Assembly (NCBI GenBank): GCA_049606355.1
Contig: JBMYVL010000005.1
Location: 60,001 to 92,000, forward strand
From: Opitutales bacterium
GTDB lineage: Bacteria; Verrucomicrobiota; Verrucomicrobiia; Opitutales; Coraliomargaritaceae
Length of the DNA: 32,000 nt
Direction: 5' to 3'
Both the position numbers and the translations under genes were made by a program. The notes under the pieces are model-generated. The model did no database searches. It saw nothing but the letters and a program-made list of their open reading frames with translations, and had not been told where the DNA came from. Below are positions 1 to 8,283 of this stretch, piece by piece (within the stretch, counting starts at the first letter, position 1; every line of letters begins with the position of its first letter).

Positions 1-621
1 GAAATCTTCCTCTGCTCGGAAGCCTTTACCGCTACCCTCAGCGCGCTGGAGCCTGAACACGGCCTGCAGGCATTGGATGACTTTGGCGACGCGGACAGCG
101 TCGCCCGCTTTCGCAGCGGCACCATGCGACCGGCTGCGCTCAGTGCGGCTCAGGCAATTGCCAACGCCAGCTCGGGCAGCATCCAGCACCGCTTGCAGTT
201 GGAAGCCAATGCGCTTTCGTGGCTGGCGGAAACACTCAGTCAGTCGGCGGATGCCACACAAGCGGCCGTCGCCGGCATTAACGCCAATGATCGCGAAGCG
301 ATCGAGCGCATCACCGCTGCGATGGAGGCAGACCCCAGTCGTGAATTTTCGATGGAGGATCTCTGCGCGATTGGCGGTATCAATGAGCACAAACTGAAAT
401 CCGCCTTCAAGCATCTCCATGGCAAAACCACCTTCAGTTATCTGCGCGAAGTGCGCATGGATTATGCCGCCGGCCTGCTGCGCGACGATCGCCTCAGTGT
501 GATTCAAGTAGCCAACGAAGTCGGCTACTCGAACGCCAGCCACTTTGCGCGCGCCTTTAAGGACCGCCATCAGCTCCTGCCCAAGGCCTACCAATGTCTG
601 CACCGCCTATCGGCAGAGTGA
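1..621 (+). CDS. AraC/XylS-family transcriptional regulator, 3' part (5' end lies left of the window)
   Basis: Frame 1 is open from nt 1 to TGA at 619-621; the TTG at 73 is only the first start-like codon in the ORF track. C-terminal double HTH signature of the AraC family: EDLCAIGGINEHKLKSAFKHLHGKTTFSYLREVRMDYAAGLL...SVIQVANEVGYSNASHFARAFKDRHQLLP. Confidence 0.85.
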   Translation, partial: EIFLCSEAFTATLSALEPEHGLQALDDFGDADSVARFRSGTMRPAALSAAQAIANASSGSIQHRLQLEANALSWLAETLSQSADATQAAVAGINANDREAIERITAAMEADPSREFSMEDLCAIGGINEHKLKSAFKHLHGKTTFSYLREVRMDYAAGLLRDDRLSVIQVANEVGYSNASHFARAFKDRHQLLPKAYQCLHRLSAE

Positions 622-849
622 ACCTGCAAACACTCGACGGCGCCCTCGAGTCGGCGCCCTAATCCATTCGCCTCAGCCGCGATCAAGACACTGCTTTGGT
701 GAATCGGGCCGTTTGACTCCGTCTGCGGGTAGAAAAGACACCGATCGATTTGCTAGGGTCAGAGGCGTCCAACCAAACAGTAGCGATTGCTGGCGCAAGC
801 AGTTCTGCGGAGGCCCATCAGCGAATGGTGCTACAAACTGTGTTCATCC

Positions 850-895
850 AAGGCGTCTGGATGGGGCGACTCATTCAGACGCCTTCTTTTCTCAA
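850..895 (+). terminator. Intrinsic-terminator-like hairpin plus T-tract in the araC-porin spacer (possible leader attenuator)
   Basis: AAGGCGTCTG (850-859) pairs with CAGACGCCTT (876-885). Further pairs are possible inside the loop (ATG 861-863 with CAT 872-874). The hairpin is followed by CTTTTCTC. It lies about 230 nt after the araC stop and about 57 nt before the porin ATG at 952. Confidence 0.5.
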
Positions 896-951
896 GCGGT
901 TATTTTTACTCCGTTTGGGGGCAGAAAGGTAAACGCTCACCTGTTAAACTC

Positions 952-2235
952 ATGACAACAATCAACTCACTCAAGCAACCAACAATGCAACAACTCAAAA
1001 CACTCACCATCGCTGCAACTGCAAGTTTCGCCGCTGTGTTCAGCCTGAATGCAGCGATGCCTTCGCAGGAAGAAATGTGGAAGCTCATCCAAGAGCAGCA
1101 AAAGCAAATCGCTGAGCTCAAGGCTAGGGTCGACAGCTACCAAACCGTCGTCGCTACAGTGCAAACAGAGAGCGCGCGCACCAAGGCCGAGGCTCAACAA
1201 ATAAGCCGTACACTCAGCCAGACGCAGGCACAACTTGACGCCACGACCAGCGCAGTCGAGGAGGCCAGCTCCGGAACATCCGGCGGATGGTGGGAAAAGA
1301 CATCGGTCGGCGGTTACGGCGAGCTACACGCCAATTTTAAAGAAAACGCGGATGACCAAATCGATTTCCACCGCTTCGTGCTCTTCGTCAACCACGACTA
1401 TAACGACTGGATCTCGCTGTACACCGAGCTGGAGCTCGAGCATTCCCTCGCCGGCGACGGCAAGCCGGGTGAAGTTGAGCTCGAGCAAGCCTTCGTCCGC
1501 ATGGACTGGACTGAGAACTTCAGCACCGACATCGGCCTGTACTTACAAACGGTCGGTCTCCTCAACGAAACCCACGAGCCCAACACCTTCTATGGCGTCG
1601 AGCGCAACGCTGTTGAAAAATACATCATCCCGACCACTTGGTGGGAAGGCGGCATCCGCGGCCATTACCGCTTCGCCAACGGGGTCTCGATCGGCGCCGG
1701 CATCAGCTCGGGTTTAGATAGTCAGGATGGCTATATTCGCGGGGGTCGGCAAAAGGTCGCCGAGGCAACCTTCAATGAATCTGCCTTCACGGGAAATGTG
1801 AACTATACTGGTATTGCCGGTTTAAATCTGGGTGCTTCGGTCTTTTACCAGAGTGATATCGATCAGACGGCAGCGGGCGAGACCTCCGCACTGCTCACTG
1901 CACTGCACGCCAATTACCGCAAAGGCGGTTTCGGTTTGCGCGCCCTTTACGCGGCATGGGATCTGGATGGCGATGTCGACGCTGCGGCTGAAGATCAAAG
2001 TGGTTATTACATCGAACCTTCCTACCGCTTTGATCTCGCCGAAGATTATGGCGAGATCGGTTTCTTTGTACGCTTTAGCGATTACGACTACTATAAAAGT
2101 GGCGCCAAAGAAAGTGAGGTCACGAGCTATGGCGTCAACTACTGGCCCACCGAGAATGTCGTGCTCAAAGCCGATGTGCAAAACGTCAAGAATGACAACG
2201 ATGCGATCAACCTAGGATTCGGCTACCAATTTTAA
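952..2235 (+). CDS. Putative outer-membrane porin (beta-barrel with N-terminal signal peptide and coiled-coil segment)
   Basis: ORF 787-2235; the first ATG at 952 (MTTINSLKQPTMQQLKTLTIAATASFAAVFSLNAA) gives a signal-peptide-like N-terminus, with an alternative ATG at 985. A heptad-like Q/E/K-rich stretch (EEMWKLIQEQQKQIAELKARV...) is followed by alternating aromatic/Gly-rich strands. The C-terminus GFGYQF ends in Phe, as is typical of OM beta-barrels. The porin subfamily was not assigned. Confidence 0.7.
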   Translation: MTTINSLKQPTMQQLKTLTIAATASFAAVFSLNAAMPSQEEMWKLIQEQQKQIAELKARVDSYQTVVATVQTESARTKAEAQQISRTLSQTQAQLDATTSAVEEASSGTSGGWWEKTSVGGYGELHANFKENADDQIDFHRFVLFVNHDYNDWISLYTELELEHSLAGDGKPGEVELEQAFVRMDWTENFSTDIGLYLQTVGLLNETHEPNTFYGVERNAVEKYIIPTTWWEGGIRGHYRFANGVSIGAGISSGLDSQDGYIRGGRQKVAEATFNESAFTGNVNYTGIAGLNLGASVFYQSDIDQTAAGETSALLTALHANYRKGGFGLRALYAAWDLDGDVDAAAEDQSGYYIEPSYRFDLAEDYGEIGFFVRFSDYDYYKSGAKESEVTSYGVNYWPTENVVLKADVQNVKNDNDAINLGFGYQF

Positions 2236-2258
2236 ATTCATTCATTCGTATGTAGACC

Positions 2259-2300
2259 GACACCGGTGCTTGCAGAAAGACAGGCACCGGTGTCTTGTTT
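2259..2300 (+). terminator. Rho-independent terminator-like hairpin after the porin gene
   Basis: GACACCGGTGCTTG (2259-2272) pairs with CAGGCACCGGTGTC (2281-2294), including one G-U pair, around an 8-nt loop. It is followed by TTGTTT. A weak T-tail could allow read-through into the FMN_bind gene. Confidence 0.6.
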
Positions 2301-2306
2301 AAAGCT

Positions 2307-2825
2307 ATGTGGATTCGATGCATCACCGTCCTGCTTATCAGCTGGGCTGGCACAACCGCCAATTTGCAGGCGGGCGAATCAGTCTACCTAGAGCCCGAGC
2401 AATTTATTGCGGACAGCTTCGAATCTGAGCCACAGCAGCAAGTGCTCTGGCTGACCCAGACCATGAAAGCCGAGATCAGGCAGGTCTTCGGCAAAGACTA
2501 CCCGGGGCTGCGCATCCGCTACTGGCAATCCGGCGCGCGCACTGCCTGGATCCTTGAGGAGATTGGCAAAGTCAAACCGATCACCACCGGCTTTGTGGTT
2601 GAAAATAATACAGTACAGCAGATGCGCGTCCTCATCTACCGCGAGAGCCATGGCTGGGAAGTGCGCTACCCTTTCTTTACCGACCAATTCCAGGGCTTGG
2701 AGCTGAACTCCAAAAACCGGCTGAATAAAAAGATCGACGGCATCAGTGGCGCCACACTATCGGTGAACGCGCTCACGCGACTTTCCAAACTCGCCCTCTT
2801 TCTGCACCAGCAAGTCAATTCATGA
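2307..2825 (+). CDS. Secreted FMN-binding (FMN_bind) domain protein, predicted flavinylation substrate
   Basis: ORF 2295-2825 starts at a TTG that overlaps the terminator tail, so the ATG at 2307 is preferred. Signal-like N-terminus MWIRCITVLLISWAGTTANLQA. C-terminal DGISGATLSVNAL contains the S-G-A-T flavinylation motif of NqrC/RnfG-type FMN_bind domains. Confidence 0.8.
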   Translation: MWIRCITVLLISWAGTTANLQAGESVYLEPEQFIADSFESEPQQQVLWLTQTMKAEIRQVFGKDYPGLRIRYWQSGARTAWILEEIGKVKPITTGFVVENNTVQQMRVLIYRESHGWEVRYPFFTDQFQGLELNSKNRLNKKIDGISGATLSVNALTRLSKLALFLHQQVNS

Positions 2826-3589
2826 AGCTCACTCTACCCCGCAAACGCACCTTACTTGCCTGGCACCGTTGGGTGGGCTTCGCTTCCGCACTCTTCCTGG
2901 TCATCCTGTCCCTCACCGGGCTGCTGCTAAATCATACAGCGTTTTTTAAGTTGGATGCGATTCAAGTCCGCAACGACTTCATCCTATCGCGCTACGGCAT
3001 GGAGCCTGCCACCAGCGTTCGTGCGTATCGGATTCAACCGGATGCGAACTTGGCCCATCTGGGGGGGCAACTGTTCTACAACAGCCAAGCGCTCTGCTCG
3101 GCCACTCAACCGAAAGGCATAATTCACGGCGAACACTTTACCGCGATTGCGACTGCCGAACACTTGATCTACCTCACCCGCGAGGGTGCGCTCATTGAAC
3201 AAGTCGGAGCCAGCCAACTGCCCTATCATGAATTATTGGCAGTGGGGCGTACTGCCGAAGGGCAGGCAGTGTTAATCGGTGACACCGGAAATTGGTTGCC
3301 CGATGCGGATTGGATCAACTTCCAAGAGTATTCTGGCGCGTATCAGGTAGAGCCCTTAGCTGCCATTGCGCTGCCAACAGAGGAGCTCGACGCGCTCCTC
3401 ACCGCCTTTCAAGGAGCCGGCGTGCCCCTGTACCGCGTGCTACTCGATCTGCACTCGGGCCGTCTCTTCGGTTGGGGTGGGCGCACCCTCATGGATCTCT
3501 CTGCACTCGCCATCTTACTGCTGATCAGTTCCGGCATTTCCGGATGGCTGCGCAAATCCCGCCAGCCACCGACGCATCGTTCCACCTAA
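2822..3589 (+). CDS. PepSY-associated TM-helix (PepSY_TM) membrane protein
   Basis: ATGA overlap with the upstream stop (2822-2825). N-terminal LLAWHRWVGFASALFLVILSLTGLLLNH and C-terminal LHSGRLFGWGGRTLMDLSALAILLLISSGISGWL match the conserved His-containing TM helices of the PepSY_TM family. About 150 aa of predicted periplasmic sequence lie between them. Confidence 0.75.
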   Translation: MKLTLPRKRTLLAWHRWVGFASALFLVILSLTGLLLNHTAFFKLDAIQVRNDFILSRYGMEPATSVRAYRIQPDANLAHLGGQLFYNSQALCSATQPKGIIHGEHFTAIATAEHLIYLTREGALIEQVGASQLPYHELLAVGRTAEGQAVLIGDTGNWLPDADWINFQEYSGAYQVEPLAAIALPTEELDALLTAFQGAGVPLYRVLLDLHSGRLFGWGGRTLMDLSALAILLLISSGISGWLRKSRQPPTHRST

Positions 3590-4539
3590 TGCAGCGCCGC
3601 CGTTTCATTCAAGTTGTCGCGACGAGTCTCGCCGGATTGAGCCTCGGCCAGCTGCAGGCCGGCCCGCTGAAGCCCTTGCGCTGGCGCGGCTATACACTCG
3701 GCGCTGAAGGGCAGTTCACCCTCTACGCTGACAACCGCACAGAGGCCTCCTCCATTCTGGAGGCTTGCTTTGCCGAGATCCAGCGATTGGAAAAATGTTT
3801 CAGCCTGTATGATGCTCGCTCCGAGCTGAGCCGGCTCAACCGACACGGACGACTCGACGATCCGTCCGATGACTGGTTGCCCTTATTGGCAGCTGCCGAC
3901 GCAGCCCACCGTCTCACCGGCGGGCGCTTCGACCCGACGATTCAGCCCCTCTGGAAGCTCTACGCCGAACACTTTGCCAAGCATCCCGATTGTAGTGAAG
4001 GTCCGGAAGCACAACACATCGAGGCAGCCCGGGCGCAAACCGGTTGGCAACAGGTGCACTACGACCGTAGTCGCATTCAATTCACCCAGCCCGGCGTTCA
4101 GCTTTCGCTCAACGGGATTGCCCAAGGCTTTATTACCGATCGTGTGGCGCAGCTGTTGCAAGCCGCCGGCTACCAACACGCACTGATCGAACTTGGGGAA
4201 AGCCGTGCGCTCGGCAGCCACCCGCAAGGCCGTCCCTGGCAACTGGGGATCAAAGACGCCGAGGATCTCGCGCAGATCAAAGAGGTGGTGGCACTCAACA
4301 ATCAGGCCCTCGCCACGAGTGGCAGTTACGGCAGCTCCTTTTCCAAGGATGGCCAGTTCCACCACCTCATCCATCCGCAGACGGGAAAGCCTGTAAGTAC
4401 TTGGAAAAGTATCAGTGTCTTAGCTCCAACTGCCGCCGAAGCCGATGCCCTGTCAACTGGCTTGTCCTTTGCGACGGACGCACAGATCCAAGCGATCCTG
4501 AGCCAGCGCGCCGACTTACAGCTGTTCCGGCAGGGGTGA
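3589..4539 (+). CDS. apbE: FAD:protein FMN transferase (ApbE family) with Tat-like signal
   Basis: The in-frame ATG at 3589 overlaps the upstream TAA by 1 nt (TAATG). N-terminus MQRRRFIQVVATSLAGLSLGQLQA is twin-arginine-like. ApbE signatures are present: LNGIAQGFITDRV and TSGSYGSSF...FHHLIHPQTGKP. The longer ORF from 3292 would overlap the PepSY_TM gene and is rejected. Confidence 0.85.
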   Translation: MQRRRFIQVVATSLAGLSLGQLQAGPLKPLRWRGYTLGAEGQFTLYADNRTEASSILEACFAEIQRLEKCFSLYDARSELSRLNRHGRLDDPSDDWLPLLAAADAAHRLTGGRFDPTIQPLWKLYAEHFAKHPDCSEGPEAQHIEAARAQTGWQQVHYDRSRIQFTQPGVQLSLNGIAQGFITDRVAQLLQAAGYQHALIELGESRALGSHPQGRPWQLGIKDAEDLAQIKEVVALNNQALATSGSYGSSFSKDGQFHHLIHPQTGKPVSTWKSISVLAPTAAEADALSTGLSFATDAQIQAILSQRADLQLFRQG

Positions 4540-5286
4540 GGACAAGCCCGTCTCCGTCTGCCCCTGCCAATACCCCAGCCGCGATGCTGTAGCGGCGACT
4601 GCGGCGACCAGTGCGGTTTCCGCCCGCAGCACCTGCGGTCCGAGATGGGCTAACTTCCAGCCATTCTGGCGCAGGCAGTCGCGCTCGTTCGGCGACCAGC
4701 CCCGTTCGGGGCCAAGGGCAATCGCGCTCGCGTCCGCAGCCGACGGCAAACTGTCACTGAGTACGGCGCTGGCTTCGTAATTATCCAAGGCCACCCGCGC
4801 CGAGATTGGATACAACTCACTGAGGGCAGTCTGCAAATCCGGATACATCGCCACATCCGGCAAGTGCGTACCGAAGGATTGCTCCGCGCCGAGCCACAGG
4901 CGTTGCCGCCAGGCATCCTCCTGCCACAGGCTGCTGCGCGCGTAGGACGGCTCGCCGCGCTCGGCTTCAAAAAAATGCAAGCGCGCCACGCCCAAACTCG
5001 CCGCTTCAAAGAGGACACGCTTCGCCGTGTGCGGACGGGGTAAACCCATCAACACGGTAATCGGCAACGGCTGCGGCGCTGGCTCGGTGCCCAGCAACTC
5101 GAGCGAAACCGATCCGTCCGCCCCCAGCTCAACCACTTTGGCACGCCCGCGTGGGCCGTCCACAAAACCAACAAAAACCAGAGTACCGACTTCTGCGCGT
5201 AGGACTTTACGTAGGTGCTGCGCACGCGTATCCGTTCCTTCGATACAGATCGCTTCAAATTCCGCCTCAAAAAGAATCAAATTCAT
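4516..5286 (-). CDS. rsmE: 16S rRNA (uracil1498-N3)-methyltransferase RsmE
   Basis: 256 aa. C-terminal LGPERGWSPNE...LGPQVLRAETALVAAVA matches the RsmE SPOUT-domain motifs (IGPEGG...LGPRVLRTETA in E. coli, from memory). The N-terminal PUA-like region begins MNLILFE. Confidence 0.8.
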   Translation of the reverse strand: MNLILFEAEFEAICIEGTDTRAQHLRKVLRAEVGTLVFVGFVDGPRGRAKVVELGADGSVSLELLGTEPAPQPLPITVLMGLPRPHTAKRVLFEAASLGVARLHFFEAERGEPSYARSSLWQEDAWRQRLWLGAEQSFGTHLPDVAMYPDLQTALSELYPISARVALDNYEASAVLSDSLPSAADASAIALGPERGWSPNERDCLRQNGWKLAHLGPQVLRAETALVAAVAATASRLGYWQGQTETGLSSPLPEQL

Positions 5287-5331
5287 CTTTAAGATCGCCT
5301 GCGCACGCCCACCCGAGTTTTGCGTTGGCGG

Positions 5332-6549
5332 TTAACGCCGACGGCCAAACTTACTACTCGCTGTGTTGCGGCGGCGACGCTTCGGTTTAGCTGCCTCGGA
5401 GCTGCGTATCATCGGCTCATGGAAGTAATTAAAGCCCTCTAATTTGCGCTGCGGAATCTGCTGTTCGATAAACTTCTCAATCGCATCGAGCTTACTCTGT
5501 TCATCGGGAGCCAAGATCGTCGCGGCATCCCCTTCACGCTGAGCGCGCCCGGTGCGTCCGATGCGATGCACATAATCCTCTGGATGCTCGGGCACATCAT
5601 AGTTGATCACATGCGTCACATTGGCGATGTCCAAGCCGCGCGAAGCGATATCAGTCGCCACCAAGATCTTGATTTTGCCATCCTTAAATTGTTCCAAGGC
5701 CTTGGTACGTGCCTTCTGCGGCAGATTGGAGTGCATCGCCGCACAGCTCAGCCCACGCTCCTGCAACCAGCGCGTGATACGATCTGCCCCGACCTTCATG
5801 CGGCAGAAAATGATCATGCTGTCGATTTCCATCCGTTCGATCAGCGCGATCAGAAGATCGAACTTTTGCATCGCCCCCACCGGATAGACCTCGTGCTTCA
5901 CCGTATCTGCCGGAGAAATCTTAATACTGATCGCGACTTCGACGGGATCTTTCAAGCTGCCCTGAATCAAGCGCTTGATGTCTTCGGAAACGGTTGCCGA
6001 AAAAAGGAGCGTTTGGCGCTTCTTGTTGCGGCAGGAGCGAATGATTCGCTTCACGTCATCGATGAAGCCCATATCGAGCATGCGATCCACCTCGTCGAGG
6101 ATGAGGAGTTCGATCGAGTCCAAGCGGAGCGTCTTTTGCTGTACATGGTCGAGGAGACGGCCGGGCGTGGCGATCACCACATCGGCGCCCGCGGCGAGCT
6201 CATCGCGCTGCTTGCCGTAGCCCACCCCACCGTGAATAAGGCAGCATTTCGGGGCAGCGCTCTGCCCGTATTTCTTAAATTGACCTTCGACTTGGGCGGC
6301 GAGTTCACGCGTAGGGCCCAACACCAGACAACGCGGGGCTGCGCCTTTTCGATGTCCGCCGAGTAGGTGCAGGGCGGGCAGCGCAAAGGCTGCCGTCTTA
6401 CCGGTACCGGTTTGCGCCGAGCCGATCACATCGCGGCCCTCTAAAATATGGGGGATCGCTCCCGCCTGAATGGGTGTCGGCTCGGTGTAGCCGGACGCTT
6501 CGATCGCCTCGAGAATAGCGGGCGCAAGGCCCAGTTCTTGGAATGTCAT
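5332..6549 (-). CDS. DEAD-box ATP-dependent RNA helicase (RhlE-like, basic C-terminal tail)
   Basis: Start taken at ATG 6549 (MTFQELGL..., Q-motif region). Motif I AQTGTGKT, Ia PTRELA, II DEVD, III SAT, VI HRIGRTGRA. Arg/Lys-rich C-terminus. The ORF track extends to 6612 but without homology support. Confidence 0.9.
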   Translation of the reverse strand: MTFQELGLAPAILEAIEASGYTEPTPIQAGAIPHILEGRDVIGSAQTGTGKTAAFALPALHLLGGHRKGAAPRCLVLGPTRELAAQVEGQFKKYGQSAAPKCCLIHGGVGYGKQRDELAAGADVVIATPGRLLDHVQQKTLRLDSIELLILDEVDRMLDMGFIDDVKRIIRSCRNKKRQTLLFSATVSEDIKRLIQGSLKDPVEVAISIKISPADTVKHEVYPVGAMQKFDLLIALIERMEIDSMIIFCRMKVGADRITRWLQERGLSCAAMHSNLPQKARTKALEQFKDGKIKILVATDIASRGLDIANVTHVINYDVPEHPEDYVHRIGRTGRAQREGDAATILAPDEQSKLDAIEKFIEQQIPQRKLEGFNYFHEPMIRSSEAAKPKRRRRNTASSKFGRRR

Positions 6550-6648
6550 AATATACCTGGATGTTGAATGCCCGGCCTGTGCATCACCCGGGTCCCCATA
6601 AGAAGCCGCCACTGTGCGCGTATTTATTTGAGAATCAAGGAGAAAGCC

Positions 6649-7605
6649 ATGCAGCTAAAATTCAGGATCGCGGCGGCGCGACAAACAGCGGCTTGCGCTG
6701 CCACTGATCTTTTGATTCGATCCAGCATCATGAGCTCCAGCTATCGCGGCCGCATCGCCCCGACGCCGACCGGTTACCTTCACCTCGGCCACGCGCGTAC
6801 CTTTTGGATTGCGATGGAGCGCGCGCAGGAAGCCGGGGGGCAGCTCATCTACCGCGATGAGGATCTCGACGCGCAGCGCTGCCGACCCGAATACGCACTC
6901 AGTGCCCTCGAAGACCTGAATTGGTTTGGGTGCAGCTGGGATGAAGGACCGGACGCCGGCGGCGCGTATGCCCCCTATAAACAGAGCGAGCGCAGCGCCC
7001 TCTACCTGGATGCTTGGCGGCGACTCAAAAATGCCGGCTATATTTACCCCTGCGACAAGAGCCGCAAGGATGTCGCGCACGCGGCACAGGCACCGCACCC
7101 CGACGATACGGCAAGCGAACCGCTCTACCCCGAAAGTTGGCGACCGCCGCTCGGCACCGGTAGCGATGCGCCCAGCCCCGGCGGGCAAAACTGGCGCTTC
7201 CGTGTACCGAGCGAGCGCACGATGCACTTTGACGATGGGCGCTTAGGGCCCTGTAAGTTCAACTGCCTGCGGGATTTTGGTGACTTTCTGGTTTGGCGCA
7301 AAGATGAGGTACCGGCCTATGAATTAGCCGTCGTCGTCGACGATGCCGCGATGCATATTACCGAAGTGGTGCGCGGCGAAGACCTGCTGATCTCAACCGC
7401 GCGGCAACTACTGCTCTACGAAGCGCTCGCGCTCACGCCGCCGAGCTTTTACCACACCCCGCTGATGGTCGACACTGCAGGGCAACGCCTCGCTAAGCGC
7501 GACCGCTCACTGAGTCTGCGGGAATTGCGCGAAGCCGGGCACCACCCCGAAGCGCTGCGGGATTCCGAAGACTGGTGGTCCGGGCTGGACGATAGCACGC
7601 CCTGA
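6649..7605 (+). CDS. gluQ: Glutamyl-Q tRNA(Asp) synthetase (GluQRS; truncated GluRS paralogue)
   Basis: YRGRIAPTPTGYLHLGHARTF (HIGH-type motif), DEDLD, and RLAKRD (KMSKS-like). The length (about 290-320 aa) indicates no anticodon-binding domain. ATG 6649 is preceded by AAGGAG with a 6-nt spacer. The alternative ATG 6730 (MSSSYRGR...) fits the usual GluQRS N-terminus better, so the start is uncertain. Confidence 0.85.
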   Translation: MQLKFRIAAARQTAACAATDLLIRSSIMSSSYRGRIAPTPTGYLHLGHARTFWIAMERAQEAGGQLIYRDEDLDAQRCRPEYALSALEDLNWFGCSWDEGPDAGGAYAPYKQSERSALYLDAWRRLKNAGYIYPCDKSRKDVAHAAQAPHPDDTASEPLYPESWRPPLGTGSDAPSPGGQNWRFRVPSERTMHFDDGRLGPCKFNCLRDFGDFLVWRKDEVPAYELAVVVDDAAMHITEVVRGEDLLISTARQLLLYEALALTPPSFYHTPLMVDTAGQRLAKRDRSLSLRELREAGHHPEALRDSEDWWSGLDDSTP

Positions 7606-7634
7606 GGGCGTGCATGCTTGCACAAACTCGCCGA

Positions 7635-8150
7635 CTAAACGTCCGCCAAGATGGCTTTGAGGTGCGCCACGTACGTGGCCGCGCCGCCCCGCATATAACC
7701 GGTGCGCTCGATCAGCTCACCCTCAGGTGTGAGTAACAAAATCGTCGGGAAGCCACGGATTCCATACTTTTCAGCCAGCGCTTCATTTTGCGCTTGGATT
7801 GCGGCGCTCTGCGGCTTGCGCTTCGGAAAGTCCAGCTCCACCAGCACCAGTGACTCGGCCGCATAGGCCTTAAATTCAGGCTGACTGAAGACCTCCTTGT
7901 CCAATTTAATACACCAGCCACACCAATCTGAACCGGTAAAATTCAATAGCATCGGTTTATTCTGAGCGCGCGCTGCCGCCTGCGCCTGTTCAAAATCAAC
8001 CCACCACTCTCCGTGAGTGGGCGCATCGGCGGCCGCAGTCGGCGCGGTCTCCTCGGCATGGCCGACGTGCGCGACCCCCGTGGTAGTGGTGTAGACAAAA
8101 AAGAGCGCAACGGCGCTGCAAAGAAGAATGGAGAGTGTTGATACTTTCAT
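7635..8150 (-). CDS. Secreted thioredoxin-fold protein (CxxC)
   Basis: Signal-like N-terminus MKVSTLSILLCSAVALFFVY. Redox motif DWCGWCIKL in a thioredoxin-like context (PMLLNFTGSDWCGWC...GFPTILLL). Confidence 0.8.
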   Translation of the reverse strand: MKVSTLSILLCSAVALFFVYTTTTGVAHVGHAEETAPTAAADAPTHGEWWVDFEQAQAAARAQNKPMLLNFTGSDWCGWCIKLDKEVFSQPEFKAYAAESLVLVELDFPKRKPQSAAIQAQNEALAEKYGIRGFPTILLLTPEGELIERTGYMRGGAATYVAHLKAILADV

Positions 8151-8283
8151 AAGGATGTGTTTGATATGAGACTCTCAGACGGGTCCGCTTATTCCAAGCT
8201 TGTTTGTCTGCCGCGTTCGCTACCGCGAATTGGATGGGAACAATTATTGCTCTCCAGCGACCAAGTCCTTTTATCAACCACTC

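Noticed and set aside
680-870. FMN or cobalamin riboswitch in the porin leader
   Set aside because: Only isolated resemblances were found (TTTGGTGAATC, GGCGCAAGC, GAATGGTG, GTCTGGATGGGG). The conserved P2/P5 hairpins of the FMN element and the B12 box could not be folded by hand. It is kept only as a check suggestion.
787-951. N-terminal extension of the porin ORF, and the small ORFs 545-955 and 750-932
   Set aside because: The extension has no signal peptide and runs across the terminator-like hairpin at 850-895. The ATG at 952 yields a normal signal-peptide-like N-terminus.
3292-3588. N-terminal extension of the ApbE ORF (ORF track start at 3292)
   Set aside because: It would overlap the PepSY_TM gene by about 300 nt in another frame. 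The ATG at 3589 gives a canonical twin-arginine leader and a TAATG junction.
5566-6366. 266-aa plus-strand ORF antisense to the DEAD-box helicase gene
   Set aside because: It overlaps a gene with a complete set of helicase motifs. Its translation is Arg/His/Leu-rich with no recognisable motif. This is a typical shadow ORF of GC-rich DNA.
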